From contig JAOAJI010000001.1 of the NCBI GenBank assembly GCA_026414265.1, positions 4,009 through 63,467 of the forward strand: 59,459 nt of DNA. Direction: 5' to 3'. The stretch comes from Candidatus Micrarchaeota archaeon. Lineage in GTDB: Archaea; Micrarchaeota; Micrarchaeia; Anstonellales; SKW190. Both the position numbers and the translations under genes were made by a program. This document shows, piece after piece, positions 21,601-31,124 of this stretch. Each line of letters begins with the position of its first letter. Position 1 is the stretch's first letter. The notes under the pieces are model-generated. The model saw nothing but the letters and a program-made list of their open reading frames with translations. It was not told where the DNA came from and made no database searches.

Positions 21601-22487
21601 TTAAATATACCGCCTTTCGGATAATTTATCACCAGGTAAGGATCTGAAAATAAAGAAACTGAATCAAGCATAAACTTGTTTCCAACAATTTCTACGTATA
21701 AATCGAAATATGACTTCAGTATGTCTACAAATTTCAGTATTCTCTGATCAACATTTCTAAGCACTAATAATTGTTTTAACTCTTCAAATGAAGTTACTTC
21801 TCTTATATCTTGTGAGATTAAATTAGCAAGAACAGTGTTCTGGAATATTGGAGTTTTCAAAGAACGCGTTATTAGATCTACACTCTTTAAGAACAACAAA
21901 TACGATGAATTGCTCTGATGAAAGAAGCTCAAATCGTCTAATAAGTCATTTACTGATCTAAATTGTTTAAATATGTCGTCAATTAAACCTTTACTAGCTA
22001 ATCGAACTATGCTGTCCTTGCTACTACCAGAAAATTCAGTCGATAGCATATAAAATCGAATTCTCTTAGCCATCAATAATGATATTCTGTATAAATTTTG
22101 ATACTCTAATTGTTGAAGATCCTCTGTCTGTGTAAAAATAGTATCATAAGAAACAATTCTCAACTGATTTAGTTTTATCGCCTTAAGTAAATCTCTCTTT
22201 TCTAACTTGATTAGTAATTGGTTGTAAATTTCTAAAGCAAGCTTCTTTTCAAATTCATATATTGATAAACCAGCAAAATTAGCTCTTAATTTAGTATAGA
22301 TCTCTATAACTTGTTGGTTAAGTTTTGTTTTTTCTTCAAATCTTTTTGGTAATTCTTGAGATGAGATGTCAAATAGAAGCTTGACAAAGCTCTTAAAGTT
22401 CACCTGTTCATGAACATTATCGTCTTTTTGATTATCTTGTTTTCTTACTTCTGATTTTTTTCTACTTTTAAACAACCAAAATGACAT
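18606..22487 (-). CDS. Large CobT/NorD-like protein: HExxH domain, acidic linker and C-terminal vWA (MIDAS) domain
   Basis: YHEFAH, FNITEDSRID, Q/E/K/S-rich linker, MIDAS AIDTSGSM...QGTDL...FFTD. Confidence 0.75.
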   Translation of the reverse strand: MSFWLFKSRKKSEVRKQDNQKDDNVHEQVNFKSFVKLLFDISSQELPKRFEEKTKLNQQVIEIYTKLRANFAGLSIYEFEKKLALEIYNQLLIKLEKRDLLKAIKLNQLRIVSYDTIFTQTEDLQQLEYQNLYRISLLMAKRIRFYMLSTEFSGSSKDSIVRLASKGLIDDIFKQFRSVNDLLDDLSFFHQSNSSYLLFLKSVDLITRSLKTPIFQNTVLANLISQDIREVTSFEELKQLLVLRNVDQRILKFVDILKSYFDLYVEIVGNKFMLDSVSLFSDPYLVINYPKGGIFKPAAVGMFYLEYDFDSFNDSNQKDYVTRLILSLPKSLIYCENLLIGVLNGVQILDEKLKGLIEIDSKQGIVFDYYLNKELERLFKIFCQKLDTKVRELSEKRNDQSFVDNIKENFDKLKSEFFQDYYHLNNLILSLVSRNLPLRSVNSIVNSVLSLFVERDLDHLLNSLNSDLDSTTTTELLKRMTLRSMSANQILGYIYELDEQGFSIYKPLSTGSNRIFDIFRAKIPISEIATRFNLDEGTVSALEKDTKSLILENDVIRLSSSGGYAYTDGTYVYLTPYTMLFPSKELNYLLAMNLVYHEFAHISFGTYKSRVRDLTEKDIMYSTKFDIQDSTGYSIDLHIEAASEFLLACVKRVEEILKEENKSQISYVDYLKLLRREALDELLRRYSDLKQKVALPSDIDPDNPEHMQKLYTILSDENPNSEKATLINVVVLLDISFSSVLFNITEDSRIDRLLLERDIDIQKLGLSTSMSQFSKSMYELITNLLISFTHFYFQTSPYDNQVYVSSLVDLDQQVLLNAILGYLKIDSELYRSQFSLKIVSDSLDEQTAERFVERIFDSLDEVKSYIHAQQNIGDSFTSIVSVIKLVSLLAALKRYKLALVLASGSGCANDQESESQEQDEKSSNQDQKDKEQEEKNKQNANSKNQEKSTSSEKISEGDVTSKVSVMVDSQLVEVYRDYFSQYMYGQLLVESTPSKLRGNLDVRKAAENFVQGTQRVPMFKRKKVIVDEYQGKSLFQKPLVMYLAIDTSGSMGQMDRQISSDSELTPVEFSLYHVSAMVLGYLEALKQNAGHKFYRDLTLKILSVSDNKFQESVVTPSTFSYEKLGSQYFLELPFVVIGQGTDLRAMVSSCRKVIEETNDKINQDYIRNISSMKSHNSHHAIKPDYIFCFFTDFGNTGGDIMYVLHELDALHQHAVQNRIATSSSISTGSRLGVIFVAPIVSSTLLSSEDMDEIGKKVPVPKLTKDGLKEFLSVLQEIQSFMMEESSDKTTNIK

Positions 22488-22488
22488 T

Positions 22489-25368
22489 TCATCGACCCTC
22501 AGATTCTGAATTTTCTAGTCTACTTTTTAGGCCTTGAGCAAATTCAGAAACTAATTCATTTGATTCTATCTCATTTTGTGAATACTTTTGAAACTTGTCA
22601 ACCATATATTGACTATTTAATTCCTCATAAATTGGCTTCCAGAATCTACTCCTTGAACCTGATGTCAGAAAGTAAAGACACGAAACTGTCGTACTTCCTA
22701 TAGTAATGTATATCTGATTAAGTTCTCTCAACATATCTACAGTTAAGTCGTAAGCTTTGTTTTGATCATGAACATACTTCATTATTTGGTTAAATAAAAA
22801 CGCAAAATCATCCAAATATAGCTTTATGAATTGATGGCTTTCATTTTTTGCATCTTGCAATTGGAATATTCCACTAGGCAGTACAGGGGTCTGGAAATCT
22901 CTATAGAATAGGTATGTCGATGCCCTGTTCAAAAAGTTGTCAAGAAAGTTCGTAGTCAAATTCATTGTAGCGACTATTCTGACATTCTTCAAATCAAAAA
23001 CTTCATCTCCTATCGTTATCTGCTCCTTTGTTAATAAAGCATTCAGCTGCTGCGTGTATTCTTGAGTCATGTCTATCTCGTCAATATGAATTATGCATAC
23101 TGTCTCTGGTGAGTCTCTAGCAGCCCTCAAAGCTTTTACAAGCTCAGTTTCCTCCAAGCTTCGACTTTTATCTCCAGATTTAACTTTAACACCCAGATCT
23201 ATAATCGATAATTCCCTTGCATTCACATAAAAGTATTGCACTTCTTTCCTTTCTCTACTAAGCTCTGTAGCTAAAATGTCTTTAGCTAATCTAACCATCG
23301 TGCTCTTTCCTTCCTGAGGCGCGCCAGTCAAAAGAGTGAATCTCTGACCTGTTATCAAACCTCCAACTATACTACACAATGTCAAAAAGTGATGCTCTGA
23401 ATAAACAAAGCTCTGAGTCGTAATGCCATTTTTATCTTTCATGTCAAAAATGTAAAATTGATTTTCTGAAGGAACATCATTTGAAGCTTCAAGCCTTTGA
23501 TTTGCTCTTTCTTTATTCTTTAGCTCAGTCAGAATACTAGCAATCAATTTATAAGACCTGTCGCTCTCACTTAATACAGTCATCGGACCTGTTGGTAACA
23601 TTGAAGTAATTATTATAGCACTCAATAAATGTGCCTCTAACTTTGAACTCAAAGACTCATATAATTCTTCCTTCTTACTCTCTTGTGATATATCTGATCT
23701 AATAAGAGATATTTCTCTTTTTATTCCATAATAAGTCGAACCTAAAGAATAACATGAAACAGAAATTGACGAATTCTTATCAGACATGTAATCGATTACA
23801 GAATTTTTTAAAAATACCAATGAACCTAAATAAGTCATCAAAGCGTTTTTTATAACCCTGATGCTTGGACGTCTCACATTTGTATTTGTGATTTGTTCGT
23901 ACATTGCAATGATCTTAGCAACAAATTTGTTCATTTTATCTTTTATTGTTTCGTCATTGATTCCTGCTTGTTCAATTAATTTCTCAACATATGCCTTTAG
24001 AAACTCTGTAAGTTTTTCATGTTGTGGATAGCCAAAAACAACTTCATATAACCTCTCACTGGTAGATTCAGGTATGAAATTACCAGAAGAATTGTACATA
24101 TTCCTTATGTTTCCTGTTGCAACTACAAACAACCTTCGCGGTACAGGTATTTCAATTTCTATTCTCTTTCCTTTCACTTCAGGATTGGTTGAATTATCCA
24201 AAATTTGTTCAATGGAATCTACCAATGCTTTGAGTTTTTCATATAACATTTCGAATTTCTTTTCATCTAATTGGCCAAAATATCTCGATAAATTTCTTTT
24301 CTCCAAAATCAATCTAATGTTCTCTTTCAGTCTTTTGAGTTCTTCTATATCTTCATGACTTATCTGGTCGATATTGAAACCCAACCTAATAGAATTTGGA
24401 GTAGCTTCTGACGTTGTCGTTGAACAGATCTGGTCAAAAAAACTATTCAAGTTTTTGGCGCTTCTTTCCTCTTCGCCTTTTCTGTGAGGCAACTCACTCA
24501 ATTCGTCCAATAAAAGAATAACAGATTTAGGCGAATCACTCAAATAAGTGGCAGTTAATAACGTTAATAAATTGTGCCTTTCTTTCACATCAATTCCCAA
24601 ATTGAAAATGTATTCTCTGCTAAATATAAAGTCAGTTGGGGAATTTAATGAAGGCAAAACAACTATGTAAGTATCAACAATACATGCTTGTTTATCCAAC
24701 AAAAAATCATGTAAATGTGAAACTATTTGTTTGAACTTTTCTTCATTTTCCACCATGAAACTACGCTTTAATATAGACGCTATCGTCTCAACTAATTTAG
24801 CCTTCTCATCATCTGTGTAAACGTTATCAGCTATATTCTTTAAGATAGGAAAAATCGTGTTAGAACTAAATAATTGAGAATATTCAGGAGTGTTAATCAA
24901 GCTTGAAATCGCATCATAATCCTTAGTCTCGCAAGCCCTACAAACGCTATGCAAAAAATTATGCATGCGATTTAAATCTTTCATTGCTATATCAACAAAA
25001 CTATCCAATTCTTTTACCATCTCTCTAAACTCATGAATCGCGAAGTGCGTCTTACCAGTACCAGGGTGACCAACAAAATACATAACGTTTGTACACGGAT
25101 CCCCTAAAATATAATCTAAAAATCTCTTGAAAACTTTTAAGTAAATCTCTGGGCTCAAAACCCTATAGGAGATATATGTTGATGAACCTTCTACCTTGGT
25201 AAACAAATCCAATAACTGAGTATATCTTTTATGCGTAATTGCCTCTTCAGCAAGAGTAGAAACACTACCGAATGGCCTAATTCTTTCTGCATGTCCAACT
25301 TCAACTCCTTGATGACGATTTATTTTTAAAATTCTCATTCTCACCAACCTCTCAATAGATGAATTCAT
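22489..25368 (-). CDS. Tandem double-AAA+ ATPase, MoxR/dynein-related (AAA_5-like)
   Basis: AAA1: GHPGTGKT, LLLDE, VVATGN, SERL. AAA2: GAPQEGKS, IHIDEID, IVATMN, FLNR. Confidence 0.75.
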   Translation of the reverse strand: MNSSIERLVRMRILKINRHQGVEVGHAERIRPFGSVSTLAEEAITHKRYTQLLDLFTKVEGSSTYISYRVLSPEIYLKVFKRFLDYILGDPCTNVMYFVGHPGTGKTHFAIHEFREMVKELDSFVDIAMKDLNRMHNFLHSVCRACETKDYDAISSLINTPEYSQLFSSNTIFPILKNIADNVYTDDEKAKLVETIASILKRSFMVENEEKFKQIVSHLHDFLLDKQACIVDTYIVVLPSLNSPTDFIFSREYIFNLGIDVKERHNLLTLLTATYLSDSPKSVILLLDELSELPHRKGEEERSAKNLNSFFDQICSTTTSEATPNSIRLGFNIDQISHEDIEELKRLKENIRLILEKRNLSRYFGQLDEKKFEMLYEKLKALVDSIEQILDNSTNPEVKGKRIEIEIPVPRRLFVVATGNIRNMYNSSGNFIPESTSERLYEVVFGYPQHEKLTEFLKAYVEKLIEQAGINDETIKDKMNKFVAKIIAMYEQITNTNVRRPSIRVIKNALMTYLGSLVFLKNSVIDYMSDKNSSISVSCYSLGSTYYGIKREISLIRSDISQESKKEELYESLSSKLEAHLLSAIIITSMLPTGPMTVLSESDRSYKLIASILTELKNKERANQRLEASNDVPSENQFYIFDMKDKNGITTQSFVYSEHHFLTLCSIVGGLITGQRFTLLTGAPQEGKSTMVRLAKDILATELSRERKEVQYFYVNARELSIIDLGVKVKSGDKSRSLEETELVKALRAARDSPETVCIIHIDEIDMTQEYTQQLNALLTKEQITIGDEVFDLKNVRIVATMNLTTNFLDNFLNRASTYLFYRDFQTPVLPSGIFQLQDAKNESHQFIKLYLDDFAFLFNQIMKYVHDQNKAYDLTVDMLRELNQIYITIGSTTVSCLYFLTSGSRSRFWKPIYEELNSQYMVDKFQKYSQNEIESNELVSEFAQGLKSRLENSESEGR

Positions 25369-26611
25369 TGATTAACAATCTAGTCTCACGATAATCATTA
25401 TTATCATTAGGCATAGGGCCTTGCGATTCACCTCTCGCAAGTTTGTTTAGCTCAACCCTTAAATGAAAGTATTCTAATAATTTGGTTGAGATTATTTGCA
25501 CGTCATTTAAGGACAATTCAATACTTGAAAATCTATCTAAAGAATTTTGCATCAAATTAAAGACATGATAGATTTCGCTTCCGTTCGAAAACATCTGATA
25601 CGATGTCAAATAAGTAAGAAATTCCATTAGGGAATAATGTGAAGGGTCAAATATGAAAAAATCATCTCTGTCTGTTTGACTAGTATCACTGTTCTCTAGG
25701 TCATCAGAATGAATAATAAATTGAGAAAAAACTTTTTCTAAATATGCAGTAGGTTTTATTGATATTAATAAAGGCTCTAACAACAAGTATGGAATACTAT
25801 AGATGTTGAGAACCTCCATAGAAGCAAGAATGATAAAGAAATCAACAGATGGAAATCTTGCAGTTCTTAATTCCATCAATAATGAATTCTTCATTTCTTC
25901 TGAAAGGTCGATCCTTCGTGATATTATGTGCTCAACAAATGCTGCATATCTGTGGTTAAATTCACTCAAAGAACTCAAAAAATCATTTATTGCTCTGTGA
26001 TTAGTAGATTCTAATAATTGCATCAACTTCTCTTGATCAATAAACAAGCTAGAATAAAGTTGAGCAAGGGTATGCATTTCTGAAAGAGTTGCTTCTATTT
26101 CTGTAAAATGTCCACTCGTGATGAGTCTGCTTTGTATAAGTTGAAATACAACAGGTAATTTTGAAATGTTTTCAGATGGTCTTAATTTGGACATTTGAAT
26201 AGAATAAGATAATGGAACATATCTTGTCCTTTCCAAATATTCTCTCTCTTCTACACTTAACAGCAATGGCCTATAATATACGTAATCAAGTATTCCTTTC
26301 AGTAAAATTGATGACAACAAAACTTTAGTAGATTGAAAACCTTTGTCTTCAGCCATCAATCCAGTTGGAGCAGAGCCATTAAAATATCGTGCCCTATTAA
26401 TTACAAAGGAAGTAATAATCTGTCTCAGATATTGTTCGAGCAAAAAAATATCCCTATCTATATCCAACTGACTTCTACTGAATGAACCTTGAGATATTAA
26501 AAAAAACCGTCTATAGCTCTTTACGAACCTTTTGTATTGCTCGTATTTACTTTTATAGAATTCTTTCTCTTGCTGAGCCATAAAACCACTGTTTTGTATA
26601 ACATATAACAC
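25352..26611 (-). CDS. Hypothetical helical protein, first gene of the AAA/vWA operon
   Basis: 419-aa ORF overlapping the AAA start; no recognisable motif. Confidence 0.7.
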   Translation of the reverse strand: MLYVIQNSGFMAQQEKEFYKSKYEQYKRFVKSYRRFFLISQGSFSRSQLDIDRDIFLLEQYLRQIITSFVINRARYFNGSAPTGLMAEDKGFQSTKVLLSSILLKGILDYVYYRPLLLSVEEREYLERTRYVPLSYSIQMSKLRPSENISKLPVVFQLIQSRLITSGHFTEIEATLSEMHTLAQLYSSLFIDQEKLMQLLESTNHRAINDFLSSLSEFNHRYAAFVEHIISRRIDLSEEMKNSLLMELRTARFPSVDFFIILASMEVLNIYSIPYLLLEPLLISIKPTAYLEKVFSQFIIHSDDLENSDTSQTDRDDFFIFDPSHYSLMEFLTYLTSYQMFSNGSEIYHVFNLMQNSLDRFSSIELSLNDVQIISTKLLEYFHLRVELNKLARGESQGPMPNDNNDYRETRLLINEFIY

Positions 26612-26634
26612 AAAAAGACTTATAAACCATGTTT

Positions 26635-27888
26635 TTATGGCAACAACAACTTTAAGTAGAATAGTGGTGATTTGACTTCTTTTTTTGTTTCTTCATTTGC
26701 CAACATGTCTGTAAGAAGTTGTCTGAACTCTTTTTTTGTCGCAGCCTTGTTTATGAACATGTTGAATAAAAATTTGAACCTTGAAATTCTCTGAATAAAG
26801 TAAGACATTTCTAGCTCATGCCTTAAGTATTTGTCTAACATCAATGAATATTCTTTTAGCAAATCTGAAGAAATGGGTAATTCGTCTCTTTGTTTTTCGA
26901 AAGCTTTTACAATAACTTCAGAAGCAAACTTTGCAGATGTTACTGCATTTGCTATGCCTTCGCCTGAAAAAGGATCAACTAAATGTGCAGCATCTCCAAC
27001 TAAAACCCAGCCATTACCGTATACTTGTCTCCTAAAAGAGCCATTAGGGATATTCCAAGCGCCTATTTTACCAATTAGTTCCGCATTTTTCATTCTTTCA
27101 ACTATCATAGGGTTGGTTTTGATTATCTTTTCAAGTAAATGTATTGGATTAATTTTTCTTTTCTGTGCATCAGAAGTTAACATACCAAGCCCTATGTTTG
27201 CGTTTTTGTTTTCTAAAGGAAATATCCAAAGATACCCAGGTAATACATCTTCAGTAAAAAATAACTCTATGTTGTCAGATAAACCTTCAACGTTCTTCCA
27301 ATAACCTCTAACTGCTACAGCAGTATGCTCCTTAGACGGTTGAGGTAACTTGAGTTCTCTAGCTACTACTGAGGTAAATCCGTCTGCACCCACTACTACT
27401 CTGGAATAAAATTCTACAACTTCTTTTTTTTCTTTGTCTAACACTTTAACTCCTATTACTTTGTTATTTTCAAATATCAAATTAGTACACACTGTGTTTT
27501 CTAAAGCTGTGACATTTTCGTTTCTTTTGGCTGCTTGAAAAACAAGGTTATCTGCATCTATACGTCTCACTATGTATCCAGCACAATCCAAGCCTTTTGC
27601 ATTTGGATAAGGAACAGTGACACTTCTATTGTTTGGTGCAACCATTGTCAAACCACGTACAGGGGCCTTATTCAGAGCATCAAATTCATTAATTAAACCC
27701 AATTCCCTGTAAACACTTATGGTCTTTCCACTGTGAGCATCCCCACATATTTTGTCTCTTGGATACTTTTCTTTTTCAATCAGTAATGTTTTTAGACCAG
27801 CTTTGCCGAGAAATAAGGCTGTTGAACTGCCAGCAGGCCCTGCGCCAACCACTATAGCGTCATAACGATTGTGCATGTAATCAATCAC
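26635..27888 (-). CDS. Geranylgeranyl reductase family FAD oxidoreductase
   Basis: VVGAGPAG, PRDKICGD, GADG, GYLWIFP, VGDAAHLVDPFSGEGI. Confidence 0.92.
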   Translation of the reverse strand: MIDYMHNRYDAIVVGAGPAGSSTALFLGKAGLKTLLIEKEKYPRDKICGDAHSGKTISVYRELGLINEFDALNKAPVRGLTMVAPNNRSVTVPYPNAKGLDCAGYIVRRIDADNLVFQAAKRNENVTALENTVCTNLIFENNKVIGVKVLDKEKKEVVEFYSRVVVGADGFTSVVARELKLPQPSKEHTAVAVRGYWKNVEGLSDNIELFFTEDVLPGYLWIFPLENKNANIGLGMLTSDAQKRKINPIHLLEKIIKTNPMIVERMKNAELIGKIGAWNIPNGSFRRQVYGNGWVLVGDAAHLVDPFSGEGIANAVTSAKFASEVIVKAFEKQRDELPISSDLLKEYSLMLDKYLRHELEMSYFIQRISRFKFLFNMFINKAATKKEFRQLLTDMLANEETKKEVKSPLFYLKLLLP

Positions 27889-27908
27889 TTAAATTGATTT
27901 TTACATAG

Positions 27909-29051
27909 CTAAATTAAAAAACCCCATGTGTTTTCCATATTGCCTATGCCGTTCTTCAAATTGATAGTTTTGTCTTTGGTTTTAATTACCAACTCTTTCA
28001 TTATTGCTGGGTATTCATTATAGTACAGATGAGACGTGATGGGCAAATCAAATATTGATTTAGTGAAATGCCAACAAGCGTTTGAATACGATTCACAGTA
28101 ACCCTTTACCTCTAAATCAAGGTCTTTGCCATATAAAATATGCTTGTAATTTTGATGATCAACTCTAATCGGATCTACACTCAAGTCCCTGCAATAATAA
28201 ATCTTGTCTTGGTTGTAATCGTAATAAGTTAAATCATGAGTGATTTTGAACAAAGGATTACCTAAACTTATGCTATTGCTAATATTACCTTTCAACATTT
28301 CCTTACCTAAAAAAGATACCATGTAAGTCACATAACTTTTATCAGGGAAATGATAGATACCCCAATACCATTGAGGTATTGGTGCAGCTACAAGAATTCT
28401 TTGGAAATATGCAGTTCCAACAAAATCATATGACTCTCTTGAGGATTCATTACTATAACTACCTTTGAGCTCTAAATGCTCAATCCTCAAACCCTCTACT
28501 TCAAAAGGTCCAAAAAATTTGTCAGAGTAATTTGGGCCTACATATTTGCTTTTGTTTTTTTGCTCTGCGATGAATTCAAACTTCTCATCTTTTTTATCAA
28601 TTTCTATAACATATTTACCTTCTTTTTCATAGAATTTAGTGAATGCCTGTTTACCATTTGATATCAACTTCCTTTCTTTGGGATTAACTCTGAATTTAAG
28701 GGTTTCTAAAATGTAGTCTTCGTGCATCTTGTTATGTTGATTATCGTAATACCAACTCGCATGTGCTCCGTTCAAAACGAATTCGTTATTATTTTCATCA
28801 AAATCTATAGTTTCTTTCATGTACATTTTGCAATCATTACACTGAATAAAATCGTCCCTTTTTGTTGACCACAGGATCATCAACTGCCTTGTTTTAAACG
28901 TTTTTTCAGTAGATTCATCGTGAATGAAAAATAACCAGAACCACCAGAACCAAGCACCTTTTTGAAGATGCAATTTAGGTTTCCAGATATAAGAATAAAG
29001 CTGTTTCCTCTTTTCTTCGCTGTCGTGAGAGCCAAAAATCAAGTCTGACAT
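27909..29051 (-). CDS. Trp-rich hypothetical protein, possibly tocopherol-cyclase/CrtC-like beta-barrel
   Basis: GAWFWWFW, PIPQWYWG, terminal ENTWG; immediately upstream of the GGR gene on the same strand. Confidence 0.4.
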   Translation of the reverse strand: MSDLIFGSHDSEEKRKQLYSYIWKPKLHLQKGAWFWWFWLFFIHDESTEKTFKTRQLMILWSTKRDDFIQCNDCKMYMKETIDFDENNNEFVLNGAHASWYYDNQHNKMHEDYILETLKFRVNPKERKLISNGKQAFTKFYEKEGKYVIEIDKKDEKFEFIAEQKNKSKYVGPNYSDKFFGPFEVEGLRIEHLELKGSYSNESSRESYDFVGTAYFQRILVAAPIPQWYWGIYHFPDKSYVTYMVSFLGKEMLKGNISNSISLGNPLFKITHDLTYYDYNQDKIYYCRDLSVDPIRVDHQNYKHILYGKDLDLEVKGYCESYSNACWHFTKSIFDLPITSHLYYNEYPAIMKELVIKTKDKTINLKNGIGNMENTWGFLI

Positions 29052-29109
29052 AAAAAATCATTATTATTTTTTGTGAAAAGAATTTAAATGGTAACTTCAT
29101 TGAACAAAT

Positions 29110-29877
29110 ATGAAGAAATTTAAACTTGGTTTGATCGGTTGTGGGTTCATAGGACAAACTATTCTTAGACACTTTAAAAATAACGTAGTTTGGATTTATG
29201 ACTTAGATTATAGTAAAATCGTTGAAGTGAAGAAAAAATTCAAAGCTAATTTTAAATGCCTTAGAGAGTTAGATAAAAGCAACTTAAAGGAAATAGACCT
29301 AGTCGTTGAATGTGCATCTCAAGAAGCAGTTAAAAAATACGCTGGAATAATCCTAAAAGAAACGAACTTGCTTATTGCTTCTGTAGGTGCTTTAGCTGAC
29401 ACTAATTTATTTAATAAAATTATAAAGATTGCCAAAAAGAATTACACGAAAATACTTGTTCCTAACGGAGCAATAGGAGGTATAGACGCACTACAATCAT
29501 TGGGAACGCTAAAAAAAGTCAAACTCACTACCATAAAGAATCCGAAATCACTTGGTTTAGACGAAAAAACAGAGCGCGAAGTAATATTTTCAGGAAATGC
29601 TGAGATAGCCTGTAAGAAATTTCCAAAGAACGTAAATGTTGCAGCAACTCTATCGATATTCGGCTTGGGATTCAAGGATACTTTTGTGGAGATAATAAGC
29701 GATCCAAATGCCAAAAGAACCAAGCATGTAATAGAAGCTGAAAGCGATTTTGCAAAAATGAGCTTTGAAATAGAATCAGACACTTCTAAGGAAAATCCAA
29801 GAACTAGCGTAACAGCCGCAAATAGTATCATAAAAACAATAAAAAACCTAAGTGAAGGATTTGTAGTAAATGTTTGA
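29110..29877 (+). CDS. nadX: L-aspartate dehydrogenase
   Basis: GCGFIG, VVECASQEAV, SVGAL, GAIGGID, FPKNVNVAAT, NPRTS. Confidence 0.92.
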   Translation: MKKFKLGLIGCGFIGQTILRHFKNNVVWIYDLDYSKIVEVKKKFKANFKCLRELDKSNLKEIDLVVECASQEAVKKYAGIILKETNLLIASVGALADTNLFNKIIKIAKKNYTKILVPNGAIGGIDALQSLGTLKKVKLTTIKNPKSLGLDEKTEREVIFSGNAEIACKKFPKNVNVAATLSIFGLGFKDTFVEIISDPNAKRTKHVIEAESDFAKMSFEIESDTSKENPRTSVTAANSIIKTIKNLSEGFVVNV

Positions 29878-29944
29878 TTTCGTTTGTTTTAATAAAATTA
29901 GTTAAATTTATAATATGAAAAATTATGAATTATAGCAGATACTT

Positions 29945-30976
29945 ATGCAAATTAATTTATCTAGTTCTTTCGATAAATGTTGGGATGTTCTTCCACAAGT
30001 TTCGAGAAGCTTTGCCTTGTGTATTAAAATGTTGCCTAAACCAATAGACAATCAGATTATGGTTTCTTATCTGATTTTTAGATTGATAGATACTGTTGAA
30101 GATTCTAACATAGAAAAAAAATCAAAGAAGTTGTATTTTCAAGAGATAATTAGAGTGTTTTCAAAAAAATTATCCCAAGAAAACTTAGAAGAGTTTAAGT
30201 TAAAATTGCTAAAAAACATTAACTGTACGTATGAAAAAGTTCTTTTAGAAATCATTCCTTTGCTACATGAAGCGTTTTTTTCATTTCCTCATAAAATTAG
30301 GAAAAGAATCCTGTATTGGGCAAAAGAAATGGCAAAAGGCATGTACAAATTCCAATTCTCTTTAATTAAAACTATTGAAGACCAAAACAAATACAGTTAT
30401 TATGTAGCAGGTGTTGTTGGTTATTTATTTACAGACTTGATTTACCTGAACAAAAAAGTAACATACTCCACTTACAGGAGATTACTGTTGTACGCAAACC
30501 ATTTTGGATTAGCACTACAAAAAATAAACATTCTGAGAGATGTAGCAAAAGATATCTATGAAAATAGATACTACTGGCCAGAAGAACTATTAAAAAAATA
30601 CGGAATAGATTACAAGAAATTGTTTTCAGTCAAGTACAGGAAAAAAGCCATGAGAGTAGCTGCGGAACTCATAATTGACACAAAAAAATATCTTCACGAT
30701 AGCATAAAATATATAATGGAGTTGCCAAGCAAAGAAGTTGGTCTTAGACTCTTTTGCCTGATTCCGCTGTTCATGGCAATAGAATCTTTTATTAAAATTT
30801 TACAATCCAATGACTTGTTCAATGTCAACTCAATAGTTAAAATATCTAGAGAACAAGTTTTTGAAATAGTTAACTTTGCCACTAGTGTCGCTTCATCCAA
30901 CGAAAAAGTTGTTGAATGGTTCAATAAGAAAATGATAGATTTAGAAAAAGAAGTTATAAATATAAATAAATACTGA
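29945..30976 (+). CDS. Squalene/phytoene synthase family (squalene synthase-like)
   Basis: VSRSFALCI, YLIFRLIDTVED, YYVAGVVG, FGLALQKINILRD. Confidence 0.88.
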   Translation: MQINLSSSFDKCWDVLPQVSRSFALCIKMLPKPIDNQIMVSYLIFRLIDTVEDSNIEKKSKKLYFQEIIRVFSKKLSQENLEEFKLKLLKNINCTYEKVLLEIIPLLHEAFFSFPHKIRKRILYWAKEMAKGMYKFQFSLIKTIEDQNKYSYYVAGVVGYLFTDLIYLNKKVTYSTYRRLLLYANHFGLALQKINILRDVAKDIYENRYYWPEELLKKYGIDYKKLFSVKYRKKAMRVAAELIIDTKKYLHDSIKYIMELPSKEVGLRLFCLIPLFMAIESFIKILQSNDLFNVNSIVKISREQVFEIVNFATSVASSNEKVVEWFNKKMIDLEKEVININKY

Positions 30977-31014
30977 CGCTTCTTGTCTAAAGTTTACCAC
31001 AAAAAAGCCAAAGA

Positions 31015-31124
31015 TTTATAAATCCTATCATGATACATTCATGATAGAAGCATGATACAATCACAATCGGATCATGCTTCTACATGTAATCACAGGCTTT
31101 CTGTGATTGAATGACGCTGGAGGG
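31015..31124 (+). promoter_or_regulatory. TATA box followed by phased repeats and palindromes upstream of the wHTH gene
   Basis: TTTATAAA at 31015-31022; CATGATA at 31029, 31040 and 31051; inverted repeats TAGAAGCATGAT/ATCATGCTTCTA (31045-56/31071-82) and AATCACAG/CTGTGATT (31088-95/31101-08). Confidence 0.6.
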
